Shown here piece by piece: positions 29,130-42,228 of a stretch of DNA of 64,000 bases. The DNA is from Eimeria praecox (Eukaryota), in NCBI GenBank assembly GCA_963920595.1, contig OY986946.1, positions 8,990,001 to 9,054,000 on the forward strand. The letters run 5' to 3'. A program made the translations under genes and the position numbers. The notes under the pieces were generated by a model, which searched no databases, had not been told where the DNA came from, and was given only the letters and a program-made list of their open reading frames with translations. Position 1 is the first letter of the stretch. Every line of letters begins with the position of its first letter.

Positions 29130-30841
29130 TTACAGCTTCTGCTTTTCAAGTGTCTCCTCTTGCGATCTACCCCCTATACTCTGTCGAAACCCCTTTCGGG
29201 CCAGCAGGGCCAGCAGGCGTAAAGCTGCGGCCAACTGTTGCTGTAGGCTAATTGCCGAGAAGGGAGGGATCTGAAGCCAATGCAGTCAGGAAACAGGCAT
29301 ACCCGACAAACAAACGAGTGAGGGAAAACAAATGGACACTTGGAGAAGATGGCACGCCGCCCCCGAGACAAAGGAGCAAGGCTGGAGGGAAACAAAACCG
29401 ACTGGCTACCTAGCCAGCTAGCTACCTGGCTAGCTAGGTAGTTGGGTAAGTAGCTGCCTAGCTACCCAGCTAGCTACCTGTTGGCCTTCAAAACTTACGT
29501 GCACGAACAAAGAGGCCACTCCGCTCCTTTGTCCCTCGTACAAACTTTTGAAACTGCAGGCGAACAGAAATCACACCAGCACCGGAAGAAAAGACAAAAA
29601 TAGACAGACAGAACAGGCAGATTCTTCTTAAATCCTGAAGCAGAATGCGCAACTAGTGAGGAGACCGACTCACTACAGAAAATTGCACACGAAACAACCC
29701 GCGTCGTCAGAAACATTGCAGGGGAAACCGTTATGGCTCAGGTCAGCACCAACAGGCTGAACAAAATATAACCCACAACAGCAAAACCCCAAAGACCGCC
29801 GCTGAAATCAAGTGTGCTATTCGTTGCTACACAGGTAAAATACATCAAGGAAATAGAGTTGGGCAGGGGTTTTAACGGAAGTTCTTAAGAACACGTTAAG
29901 CTACTTTATGTGCACGTAGTTCCTGGGTAATTTATAGAGGCCTTCTTCAGCATTTCATCTTGAGTATATGCCACTAAACGTCCAAATCGAGCAAATCCAC
30001 AACAGCTGACCTCCAAACAGAGCGATGAACGCAGACAGGCCTCTAGAGGCATGTAATCCGAGATAACCTCGGCCTGGGGCCGACAACCCCTGTTGTCCGG
30101 ACAAGGGAAACGCGCATCTTCACACAGCAGCAGCAGCAATAACAGCAGAAAGGCCAGAAGCTTTAGGAACAACAGGGACCCCTAAGGTCCTCCTCTAGGT
30201 ATGCTACGCTCAACCGCAGGGAAACGGGAAAGAAATAGCATATGAAATAGCATATGAAAGCTCGCCACTTTACCATTTTTTGCACAAGCTTCAAGCTGCC
30301 ACCTGTCGCTATGCGTGCTGACCCCGAAGTGCAACGCCAAGGTCAGGGGTTCCTCAACCATCCCTGCTGCAGAATCTGTTGGGCCTTCCGTGGGCTCATC
30401 GGGAGTTTCCCGAGTAGCTACGAATTTCTTAGCTGCATCAGCCTCATGCGGTTCTCTTGTCTGAGCGTTTCTGCAGAGCACAGAATGGATACGGGGCACA
30501 GCCTCTGTTGCTGCCTCAGCCGACACTTCCAACACTTCCCAGCCGCACAGCTCAACCACCGCTGAAGCCTGAGTGGGGGCAGTTTCAACGAGAGAATCAA
30601 CGGCCCCCGGGACCGGGGAGTCGCGCGGGTCGTTGAAGGGGCAAAAACAGAGGGGCACAGCTTTACTCCGTCCCTGCTGGCGAGGAGAAGAAGTTGTCTG
30701 CTCGCTGCCGAGAGCTGCTGCTAACTGCTGGACTAGGGTGGCGGACGGGTTATCCGAAACGTTGTTAAAGGGGCCGAATCCAGTCAAATAGACACGGAGA
30801 CGCGGAGGCCCCCCTGATCCGCAGTCTCCTGAAAGTTCCAT
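29130..30841 (-). CDS. pcp: Pyroglutamyl-peptidase I (peptidase C15), about 5 exons
   Basis: YLTGFGPF..V.DNPS, LHFGV, LEACAKN-DARFPCPD (catalytic Glu), VSDDAGCFVCNF (catalytic Cys, exon near 29680-29740) and SLFVH|IPPF (catalytic His). Last exon 29270-29130 ends in TAA. Confidence 0.92.
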
Positions 30842-31070
30842 TCTTCCAGCGAGGGCCCTGCAGCAGGCGCTTGAGGGTCACCTAACGACGAAAAGCCAGA
30901 ACAAACACTGGAGGCACTTCTGAGGAGCTACATAAAGGTGAAGAATAGAAAAACAGACATAAAAGTTCCTGACATGCCTGCAGCAAGTAGCTACACGTAG
31001 GTGGGCAACAACCCGTTCCCTGACCACTGACAAGATTAAAAGGTTATATGCAAGAGCATCAGATAAAGAA

Positions 31071-31142
31071 TGTCCGAACCAGGAATCGAACCTGGGTTTA
31101 CACGGCCACAACGTGTTGTCCTAACCTCTAGACGATTCGGAC
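31071..31142 (-). tRNA. tRNA-His(GUG), solo divergent pair, left copy (G57)
   Basis: 72-nt cloverleaf: acceptor GTCCGAA/TTCGGAC, anticodon arm ACACG-TTGTGGC-CGTGT, T arm CCAGG-TTCGATT-CCTGG, A73. T4 lies ~30 nt downstream. Confidence 0.97.
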
Positions 31143-31340
31143 CAGTAGACAAGCGCCCAACCGGGCTGCTCTAGAGCAAAACATTCGAGTCCTGTACTTG
31201 TTGCGAGGCTATTCGTATTTACACATTGCAATTTAACGCAGAGTTAAGCTAAGCAGATTTTGCAAGGAAATATTAGAAGCTGAGCCAAAAGGTTTTCATT
31301 TACTGCACAAGGGTAGTCTGCCGAGGCAGCAGCGCTGCTG

Positions 31341-31412
31341 GTCCGAATCGTCTAGAGGTTAGGACAACACGTTGTGGCCGTGTAAACCCAGGTTCGATTC
31401 CTGGTTCGGACA
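31341..31412 (+). tRNA. tRNA-His(GUG), solo divergent pair, right copy (G57)
   Basis: Identical 72-nt cloverleaf, with a T5 terminator ~8 nt downstream. Confidence 0.97.
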
Positions 31413-31628
31413 GTCTTGTATTTTTGTATTTACCCTGGTGAGAGCCTCTTCGGGGGAGAAGAGGGAAATTGTTATTTTCTTTTGGTAAGTTTACGACACA
31501 TGCTTGACTATATGTGCAGTGTATGTGCCAACTGGATGCGGTTCGTGTATCGATGGTGCTGCCCTTTTGATTAGCCATAGCAGAATATATCTAGAAAAGC
31601 GTCCTTAAAAATCTGCCTTCTAGGCCCG

Positions 31629-33473
31629 ATGAGTTTCATCTCGGCTGTGACACTACGCCGGCTGGTGGCAGCCTTGAGAAGCCTTGGGCTTAGCTGTGTG
31701 TTCCCCATTGGAGGACAGGGGAGCCGCAAGGAGTTCATCCTAACAACCCTGCTGAAGTTGCAGTACCTCGTAGAGCCTTTACAGTATGCATCTGAAAGGC
31801 AAGGGGGAGAACGACAGCCAGAGTTGTCACAGACAGGGGAGACGATGATGCCAAGTGATCTTGGGGAAAGAGTTGCTGTGTCGGCAGTGCGTGAGGCGAA
31901 AACCCCCAAAGACCAGCTAAAGCTCCTGAAGCGTCTAACAGCCTTCATGCTGCAGAGGGTGGGCGTTGCATTGGAGCTGCAGGCCCTCTTCCGCGCAGAT
32001 GCCGACGCGGTCAATGAGTTGCTATGTCTAGCTGAAACACTCGCTGATGCCGCCAGGCAGGCTCCACAGGGTCAAGCAAACAATCTAGCAAAAAAGACAG
32101 CTGTGTACCTCCAAGTTGAAAATGAGGAAGAAAAAGGATTCGGGCGAGAACATCCTTTTGAGATTCCCCAAGCCTTGTGGGTTACAGTTTAACTAGGGGG
32201 ACGGCTACTCCCGCCAAGTTACCTGCCACTGGGCTTTCGCCTGGTGGCGAAAAACCCGATGCCAGTGGAACATGTTGGAGCCGCTTTCTTAAACGTTTTC
32301 AGCTGCACTCTAGATCACTAGGGAATAAGATAGCATGGCGCACAAATGTAAGCTGGGTTCTTCGAACTGCAAACCTGCTGCAGGTGACCCTGTTGTGCTG
32401 TTGTGGCGCGAGGCGCAGCAAAGACGCAATTCAGACAGTACAAACTCAAGTAGAAAAGGTTCTCTCTTCAGTGCAGAATTTCTATGGGGAAGACCAGACT
32501 GGAGAGAGGAGGAAAACTGGAGAATTCCTGCAAGCTGTCCTGGCGCTAGAAGGGTCCTCGGGGAGCAGCAATGCCGCTGCTGCACCAACCTCAGCGGCCA
32601 GAGGCAGCAGCGGCAGCAACAGCGCGTTGCTGTTGGAGCAGCTGGATCGGAGTGGCCGAGCCCTGGCGGATGTAGAGAGAAACAACGAGGCGCTGGCATT
32701 CCAAGTGCAGGAGCTGAAGGAGAAGATTGGAGGGGCGGAGCGAAATGCAGATAGGCTCGGAAAGCAATTGCTGTTGCTGGGGGCTTCTCAGAACTCTGTT
32801 CTTGCGGCTCCTGAGGAGCAGCAACAACGTGATATGCAAGAACAGCTGCGCCAGCTGTATATACAATACGCTCGAAGGTGTGCTGTCTGCGACACGCTTA
32901 CTGCATCTGTGGAGGCTATTGCGGGCCACGCCGAAGCCGAAGCAGCTCGAAACAGGCTACGCCTCCAGGAAGCCAGGCAACAACTCCGGCTGGAGCACGC
33001 CGCAACAGCATCCGCTACCGATAGCCAAACTAACGTAAGACACACAAACGCGAAAGAGGGTTCTGGCCCCTTTGTCCAAATGCTCCTACCCACATGTTCG
33101 GTCCCGCATCTCCCGCTAACGCATGCACTCCAAGCTAAAACCTGTCCGTTAGAGTGGGCGTCTCCTGGCGCTCTCTCTGGAGTTGGTCTGCATACACCAC
33201 TACCGGCAAGGGTATTAGCAGTCGCCTCTCTGAATATTTTCCATTTAAAGAGCGCAGGGTCCACGCCCGAAGGGATTCCAGGTGGTCTGGCTAGCCTGCA
33301 ACAGTATTATCTGCCACTGTCTGAATGCTGTTGCGCTGCTCGCTTGGGTGTTGATATCGCTGCAGTGCATAGATACCCTCTGTGGGGGGATGTCTGAGGA
33401 CATGGGTCTGACTCTGGCTTCCTCTGAACAGCTCTGCACAGAAGGCAGCGAACTCGATCTCGCCGGTTTATAA
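31629..33473 (+). CDS. CLUAP1: Clusterin-associated protein 1 / IFT38-like intraflagellar transport protein (spliced; 3' end approximate)
   Basis: MSF...LRRLVAALRSLG and LLKRLTAFMLQRVGVALELQALFRADADAVNELL match the CLUAP1 pattern (MSFR.LR.F.E.MR.LG; I.LN.KKLY.ADG.AV.ELL), followed by a coiled coil ending EQLRQLYIQYARR. Confidence 0.75.
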
Positions 33474-33751
33474 CCATGAGACCCAATGCAATTGCCTTCC
33501 ACTTGCCGTCAATTGGCAGAAGGTCCATACAAGACCCTATGTACAACGCCTCCTTTCGAGGCCTGCAGTATTACCATTCACCAGCTGCAGGCGAGCTGCG
33601 TTTGAGCTAGCGATAGCCCCTGCCCCAGGACAAACGAATGACTGAGATATCCTCAGCCATGGAAAAAGTGACAGCATCCCACGAAGGGTTTCCAGGCCCT
33701 CACAGGAAAATAATGTGCAGGGAAAAACATTGTTTTGTTGCACGCAATTCG

Positions 33752-36700
33752 CTACTTTCTGCTACTTCGCTTAGGCGCTGACTGCTGGCGTCTCCGCTTG
33801 AGAGAGGCGGTGGCAGGGTGTTTCTGTGTAGCAGATGCATGCGAGGCTTTGGCCTTGGAGGTTCTATCCTTGGCCAATGGTACCTGCTCTTCTCTACTAC
33901 TTTTCTCCTTTCTGACCTTGAAGCCTTTGGCTCTGTCAGTGCTATTTGCCGTCTCTGCCCCTGCACCCTCCGGTGCTTCAGTATTCGAGGCTTCGTTCTG
34001 TTTCGCTCGCTTCTTTTTGGCAAGGGAAGCGGCGATGGCCCAAGCTCGTTTCTTAGCCTTCATAGCGATTGCTCTGAGAGGACAACCACAAAATACCAAA
34101 ACCGGCAAAGAAATCAAAGCTCTAATTCTGGCGGTTGCGCCTGTGTTGTAAGGACAGCGGCTAGAAGAACGGCAGGCGGATATGACTGCATAATCGTACT
34201 TTGGAATTGGCCGTATGGGCTTCCGAGGACGGCGAGACCCCTTCTTGCTAAGGGCCGGTGCAGGACCCCTGTACTTCTTTGGGCCCTTAACCCTCAGGTT
34301 ACGGGTTAGCTTAGAGCTCAGAAATGTGGGAATTTTGCTGTTGGGGCTCTTCTGCATTATCTGCACGATAGGCCTTAATCGGGGGACGTCATCTAAGGTG
34401 AAGAAAGTCAGCGCCTGAGAGCGAACAGCATACACGAAAGTGCAAGTGTTACCCATGGATAGCTGAATAAAGCGAAAGACAGACGAAAACAAAAAGACAG
34501 CAAAGCAATCCAGAGGCAGCAAGCATGCAAAAGAGGACAAATCATGTGGCCACATGGGAGCAAAAGCAGCCATACACGCAACAGATGGAAAAAGATAAAA
34601 AAAGCGTAAAAGCTCCCCCAAACTTTGTAGGTACTGACAAGACACAAAACGCCCTGAAGGTACACAGATTAGCAGCTAAGAGCCGCGTGTTAGCGGTTAA
34701 GGGGAGCTGCAAGTGACATAAGCAAGCGGATCAAAGTGCTTACCTTTCCCTCCTTGCCAGCTCTGCCTGTCCGGCCAATGCGGTGTATGTACACTGATGT
34801 GGATGGGGGTAGGTCGAAGTTAATTACGAGAGCAACACCTTTGAAATCGATTCCGCGTGCCACGAGGTCTGTGCAGATCAGGAACCAAATCTGCAGCCAC
34901 ACACCACAACATAAGCCAAATGAGACACTTCATGCACCCTTGCAGAGACTGTGTGCAGCCATGCAGAGACTGTATACAGGCCTACCTATGCCTGTTTTCT
35001 GGCCGCTCTAGGGCATGCATGGCCACCACACAGTTGACTAGCGGCGTAAGCCGAACTGAAGACGCCGTTAATAACGACAGCGCAGACCTACACGAGTGGG
35101 CGTGCATGCATACACACACTGCAGTGGCTAGCTGATATGCTGGTCCCACCTTTCCAATCCGGAAAGCGTCTACAGTCGCATCCCTCTGTTGTTTGGTCTT
35201 CGCAGCATGCAACAAGTCGACTGGCATGCCTTCAGAAATCATTTCCCTTAACAACTCACTCGCACGTTCTTGTGTCTGCAAGTCCAAACTCAAAAGAGCA
35301 GAAAAACATTCTCCAGAGACGCCCTTTACCCATCGTAGCAACGCACAAGCAGTTTGGAGCAACAAGATGCATGAGCTGAGGAGAAAATAGCTGCCGATGA
35401 ATATATGTGTAAAAGATAATTATAAATAAGCAATAGCTCTGTGCAAAAGAAAATGTACGCAGGGGCAACGCCAGTCTGAATACGATGTGCTGTAGACACC
35501 GCAGAGTCTCTAACCCTGATTCGCTAGTACCCTTCCAAAAGGCTACAGAGTTGAGTGGAGTGTATGAACAATCAATGCAGCTTCAAACGCGCATGAGAGT
35601 CACTCTGAGATTAGTGAATATCTCTAGACGTGCCTCAACAAAGATCAAACAGGGCGGGATAAGCCGCCTCTCCAGTCGAAGGGTCTTCAGGGCCCACAGC
35701 TTGCCCGCCTCAGTGGAGCAGAAAAGCAGCTCCTGCTCAATTTGAGGAGCCGCAGCGCTGGCCCGTCCTGCGATGGCAAGAGAGCAAGCACACCACCGCA
35801 ATCCCCCGTCCATAATCATTCATGAACACCGTAGCATCAGCTTCTGTAGCAGCTCCAGCAGCACGCACAACAAAGCCGCAGCAGGATGCATCAACGTGCG
35901 CTGGAGTAAAAGCTGCAGCAGCAGCAACAACAGCAATGACAGCAGCATGCCACGACACCGCTAGTTAATCTTTAGCTTATTTATCATTGGGACCAGGAAA
36001 AGAATGAATTAGACTTAAGCGAATTTATGGAAAAATATTCAACTTCAAAGTTAATTGGATCTCCTCGCAATCAATACGAAATACTTTAATTAGCATTTGT
36101 GCAGTGAATTAAACATTTCTGAACGGGAGCAGGACTTTGAATTGCATCTCGTTGGCATCCCACATCGAAACCATATGCAAGTCTAGGAACTTCGGCTCAC
36201 CGACAGTTAAATGGGCCGCTCCATACGCAATGGACTCTGCCAAGAGCACCACGGAGGGAGGCAATGTGGCAGAGAACAGACAAACGTGCAATCTCCTTGG
36301 TCCTGTCACTGCGCTCTTCAACTCGGAAAGGATTGCATCGACTTGCGGAGAAAAGCTGAAAGCAATAGGCAAACGGACGCAACAAACGGAAAAGATCTAA
36401 AAACATAGGCGGAAGCCACAGAGGGAAAGAGCGATACGCGGACGCATTAAGGCACAAATATAATGCTGAGGCATGCACAAAAACCTCAGCCCCCCCCAGC
36501 AGCAGCCAACATCTCAGTGCATACCCCCCCATGAACACTTTGAAGAAGGACTTGAAGACTTACTCTGAATCAAGAAGGCGATCCGCCTCGTCAAGCACCA
36601 GATGATTGCAATCCGTCAGAGACAGCTGCGGGCGCAGCACAACAGTTCGCCGGGCGTTTGCTGAAGCAGCCTGGCGTATCCAGCAGTAAGCATGTGGTAT

Positions 36701-38282
36701 TGGTTGACCCTCACACACTGCAACCCTCAGGGCATAAGCCTCCCCCTCTGCCGGCTGTTATTAACCCTGACGGCAGGTCCTTACTCTTTTCTCCTTTAGT
36801 AACGTCAAAAGGGACAACGGCGTTGCGAAGACAGCATCCGCGGCGCCATACCGGGCCCCCGGATGTGACTGAGGAAACGCGGCTCTAAAGCCTGTGCCTT
36901 CTGCGTCGACCCCAAAACGCAGCAAGTTGCACAACAGATGACTGCATGCGCTTGTCCATACGTTTGTTCAAACGCAAGTCTCGGCATAAAGAAAACACAC
37001 ATGTTTATATACAGGCAAATATACCAAGATGCAAATCTCCATAGTCCCCCCGCATATTCAGCAGTCCGCAAGGGCCCCATTATCGAAAGGAATGTTCGGC
37101 CTGTGTCGCTGTTTTAGCTGCCGTGGTTGCCGCTGCGACATTGCCTGCTTAGAACAGAGACACATGCCTGTAAGCTTTTCGAAGGTCCTGAGACTCTGTC
37201 TCGCTAGTTCCCGAGTAGGAGACAACACCACCAAACGGCCGAAGGCATTGCGGGGTGCCTGAATGAGCAAGGGGATGCATACAGACATAAGTTATGAGAA
37301 GCGGTACACGTAAAGACGATGTGGCTAGCGTGACATGGGAACAGAGTTCTGCTCACAGAAGCCAGTCCCAATAACAAGCTGCAATTTCAGCAGAGAGGAG
37401 CACACACACACAAACGACCCACGTGGAAGCGGAAAGCAGGCAGACCGCTCCTGGAAACGAAAGACTGAGAATCATGAATAAATATCGACAAACCTTTAAG
37501 CAGGCAATAAGAGGGAGCAGGAAGGCCAGGGTTTTGCCGCTGCCAGTCGGCGCCGAGGCAAGCACGTGATGTCCTTTCAGAAGAAGTGGCAGCGCCTGCA
37601 ATGCACACACAGCAATAGGCATGCATTCCAACTATAACTGCTCCTGCGTAGGTTTCTGCTGTTCCGCATCTAACATGCGCCACTACATTACGCTTGTTTG
37701 CATGAAACGGCAGTTCGCAAGCAGCAACCATCACGAATCACCACCGCCTTGGTTTTAGTGGCCACTCTTTGTCGTGTTATACAGGCTAACAGATGAAGGC
37801 AGATTTAAATTCGGGAGCTCTAGATGGGAGATACGCTGAAGTGGACGGCTGACCTGCATCTGAATAGCGGTAGGCTGGTTGTATCCCAGAGTCTGCAGGC
37901 GGGAGACTAGCCAGCAAGGGAGCCTGTCAGGGCCTTCGTGGAAGTTCCGGCATTCATCTGAAAGGACTGACTGGGCCTCTGCTTTCCCTGCCTCGACAGG
38001 GATCTGGTCGCTGAAAGAAAGAAAGGGAGGAGGAACAAAAGCTAGACCCTTTACAGCAATAGAGTGCCGAGAACGGACGCTCTCAGCAGAGCTCGGCCTA
38101 TCAGAGGCTACTTGTCTTTTTGTTTGCCCATCTTCCGCAGGGGTCGCTTCTGGCTGCTGCTGTTCATTCTGTTGATGTTGAAGCTGATGCCGTCTTTGCA
38201 GCAAGGGGGAATCAAGCGAAGCGCGGCACTTATGCAGGGAAGCCCCCCGAGAAAGGAGGCTAAATATCTTGTCACGGACCAT
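33752..38282 (-). CDS. DDX52: DEAD-box RNA helicase, ROK1/DDX52-like, multi-exon
   Basis: Q motif [40 protein letters not shown] (~36570-36600), [28 protein letters not shown] and [12 protein letters not shown]. The RGIDFKGV and PP.LIFV forms are typical of ROK1. Basic C-terminal tail. Confidence 0.9.
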
Positions 38283-38884
38283 CTTTCCTTTGTGAAGCCA
38301 TCAGATGAACTTTTGGAATCCAGTCGGTGGTCCGCGACGGCATCACAGGCCACCTTCAAGGTGGCCAGGCGCCGTTCCCCGGCGCGGCGCTTCTACAGGT
38401 TTTGTAAATTATAAAATAACAGTAGAAGACCAATCGTTTGAGAAGAGTAAGCCCAATGCGATCCAATGCCTACCCAAAAACAACCATCGCCCCACGCGGG
38501 GCTTTGCGGGGCCCCCCATGGGCCGGGCCCCGGGGCCCCTGCTTGAGAGGGTTTTTCAACTGCAAGCTCGTGTCTGTGAACCTAAAGCACACAGACAAAG
38601 ACGTAACACAATAGCCCGCCAATTTAAACCGAAATTAGCCCCCGCATGCTCACAGCAGGGACGTGCGGCCTGCGCGGCCCGGTGCAGTGGTGGTGGGAAG
38701 GTGCTTATTCGGAGTGTTGAATGTTTGGGGTTAAGGGCTGAGGGTGCCTACGCTGGATAGCAAGCGCTGTGTGCCTTGCCTTCTCTCCTGAATTATTTGG
38801 AATCTCGCGGATGCACGTGCCCTCCAACGGGGTTCCGAGAAGCGATCACCGCAACAGCCTCTCCAAGGCACGAGGGGATTTACC

Positions 38885-40840
38885 ATGAGCTTTGCCGGAC
38901 TCAGCGGCTTCGACGGCTCGGGCGCGCCTCCCTATGGCCATGGGGCCCCGGCGCAAGGCTCCCTCGGGGCCCCAGGGGACCCGGGGGCCGCAGGGGCTAC
39001 CAGTGATGTGAGAGGAGTGGCGGACTTCTTCGGTGGGGGAGCGGCCCCTGGATTTGGAGGAGGCAAGGAAACCTACCACATTTCTACTGTCTGTTTATAT
39101 GTGCTCTTATATGCACCTGCGTGCGCAGAACACAGAAGCTCTGGACATAGCTACGTATAGTATATCTAGGCATCCTGCTTGCGAGTACGGCCGCATCTGC
39201 TCTAAGGCGTATACTCATCTCGTTGTGTGCTTTGGGGAGATTCAGAAGATTATTTTGGAGGCGGCGGCTTTTTGCAGACCGGAAATTTTCTAACACAGGC
39301 TCAGCAGCCCACTGGGCCTCAACTGTCTTTGATCCCTGTGAAGATCGGTTAGCCTCTCTCTTCATCGCCAACATCCTGCTTACATACCAGTTTAGTATTA
39401 TTGTCCTATTTCATGCGGAAGGAGGCGACGAGAAAAATGTTGCTGTGTGCCGAATGAAGTGTAGGAGGGGAGGCTTACTAGCCTTTGCCTTCCTTTGAGT
39501 TTGTTGCTTGTTGGATATGTGTGTTCCCTTCTTCCGGGTTCCAGGTGTTATGCCACGTCGGTTTTTGTTTGCGTGTATGAGCTCCGGTGTGCATACTGTC
39601 TTTGCTGTGCCGCTGCAGCGCATGTATACAAAGCCTGGATGCAGGACCCGAGCTCGTTGCAAGTGTCTTTCTTTCCTTCTGGCCCCCTTCTGCACCTGGT
39701 GAAGCTCGTCGGGGTTGTGGATGTTCTCCCCAGAGGTGAGAAGGGGGTTGCGCATGAGTATGACCTAGACCTTCCAGTATAGTATTCGGCATCCAAGTTA
39801 CATGCATATGCACACACGCCTACACTGTATTTCTGACCGAAGTGGATAAAGTTAAGCAACTGCGGGGAGTGGATCATTAGGTAACGGCCTCCACGAAATG
39901 CGCAGGGAGAGATGCTGTAGGCAATGCCACCTTCAGCACTTCTCCGACTTTGAACTGAGTGCTCCTTACGTGCAGAGACACTAGAAGCGGCCCTGCAAAG
40001 CGCACGGATTCAGTTTGCCCTTGACGACTTCACCGGGAGGATAGAGTGCGAGTATACGGTCGGAGACGAGCTGACAGAGTACCGTCAAAACCAGATTCTT
40101 GTACGTTGCCCACTGTGGAGGTGACCATGCTGTTTCCCTTTTCTCTCATTTCCGTTGTTCTGATGGGCCTTTTCCACGGCCTCCACCCGCCTTCACCTGC
40201 CTCGTAAATTGGCGTTCTGGAAAGTATATCTGTTCTTTTTCAACCACTGTGATACTGGCTAGGTGCCGGGCAATGCGCTCGGCTGCTACGGCGTGGCGTA
40301 CTGCCAAAACGATACAGCGCTAGTTGTAGGCGTGCAGGTGGGAAGCTCGTTAGTGACTTGTCTGCATGCAAATACCAGCACCAGCAGCAACCTTGTAACA
40401 TTGCGGCTTGTGGCTGCCTGCAGGATGCGTTGTGCTGTGGGGGCTTAGTAACAATCTTCGGCTCTATCAATTTGCTTGGCAAAAGCGAGCCTTCCCTTAG
40501 AGTGCATGCAATAAGGCAGACACAAACGGCAGGTGCGATCTGGGGGTGGACGGAATGGAATGGTTAGGTTGAGGTTTGCGGAACGCAGAACGAACGAAGT
40601 ACGAGGTAAATAGGCTCCTCTTTTACTGAATTTGCTACTGTTCGTGCTGCAGCCGACCTCATTTATCACGAATCTGCGTGCCAAGCTGCTTATTTGCGCC
40701 TCAAATACCCCAACGAAGATATTGAAGGTGGCGCCTCAGCTGGCCAGCAGCACTCGCTGCAGCAGCAGCAGCAAGCGCCTTTCGGTGTCCCGCAGGTGTG
40801 TGGATCGCTTGTCGTAGTGGCGCCCATTGAGCAGCTTTGA
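38885..40840 (+). CDS. OB-fold single-stranded DNA-binding protein, RPA2(RPA32)/STN1-like, multi-exon; 3' end uncertain
   Basis: Gly/Phe-rich N-terminus (DFFGGGAAPGFGGG). Exons encode VKLVGVV, IQFALDDFTGRIECEY (DD.TG motif) and DLIYHESACQAAYL (RPA2-like E..YH helix). Confidence 0.7.
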
Positions 40841-42156
40841 GCCACATGCCGTTCTTTGGGCATGAGCTTGAGACTCCCCCGGGTTTTATGCGTTTTCTTG
40901 CGTGTACAGCGAGTTCAGGGGTCTGCCCAGCCAGCTTTCCAGTTTGGCTGAAGGTCACAGGAATTACCGCAAGATCCCGTAGTAATGTTTCTGGGTATCG
41001 GTTTCAGTCTCCCGGCACGCACGACGACGCCGTAGCAGGCTCTTGCCCACTTCCTCCGTCTGCACATGTGCGTGGGAGTTGGGCAGCACTCTTCTGCACG
41101 TAGCCAGAGCGGTGCGGGCAGTCATGACGTGCTGAGCTCCACCTTGTACTTTTACTTGGGCATTTAAAGCACTTGTGCTAGCCCGTGCTTCCCTTTTGTC
41201 CGTACCTCACACACTGGCCTTCCTACACTGCATGGCCATCAAGCCTTTCCCGTTGATAGTATACTTGAGGATTGGCACTGCCTCACACAAAATTGAAGGA
41301 CCCAAACACCTCTTGTGGGTGCCTGGACGTTTCCTTGGCCGTCCACCGAGTCTTGTACACACCCTTCAGCAGCGCGGCGATGACCGCATGGTTGAGCCCT
41401 AGCGCAGCAGTGTAGAGACACGAGTGCGATTTCACTGGCCTGCCAACGCAGTTTCCAATGGTGCGGATACGGCTGTACATCCTAGCGTATGGTCCTTTTG
41501 CAGTGTGGATCTGTACCCAAGCAGCGGCCAACATCTTTAAGAGTGAAGAGACCCACAAAGGGCACAGCGTTTTAGGAAGGCATTCACAATAGCTCGCTTA
41601 TCATATCGCATTTATAGTGTAGACGTTTTGGTATCGTTTTGCTTTGCTTGCTGAGGCAGCTCGCCTTTGTCACTGAAGAGTAACGCACTGCAACTTCTCC
41701 TTCCTTTTTCCTTCTTCCTTTTCCATGTGATTTCTTTACGATAGCTTGGAACAGTACCTGCCGGGCAGTTTCTTTGAGTTCGGTTCGGACTTATTTCATG
41801 CCTCATCCTTCGCTTCCGCTGTCTCCCCCATGAACTGCTTCCGTAGGTGTTTGGGTACGTCGCATTGCGGCTGGCGTCTTGAATATACGCGCCAACAAAT
41901 CGATTCTAGCGGGGAATGCGCGACGTCCATGAACCACGGAATAAACCCATGTTTACACGGCTACTGTACATTGACCCAACCTATGCAAACAGAGGGTTCG
42001 AAGCCCTGCGTTTCTGAGACTCTCACTTTTCAAAGCAGGCGCAGTGATATGAAAGCAGTGATCCAAAGCCCTGGGCCCAAACTGAAAAGGTGGGCTGGGT
42101 TCCCTCCAGATTAAGCAGTTACAGGAGAGAGGAACAACGGTTTTTTCGTTAGAACG

Positions 42157-42228
42157 TATCCCAACCAGGAATTGAACCTGGGTTTACACGGCCACAACGT
42201 GTTGTCCTAACCTCTAGACGATTCGGAC
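42157..42228 (-). pseudogene. Degenerate tRNA-His(GUG) at the array edge
   Basis: The 3' acceptor strand reads TTGGGAT instead of TTCGGAC, giving a G1.U72 wobble and a G5-G68 mismatch. Confidence 0.75.
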
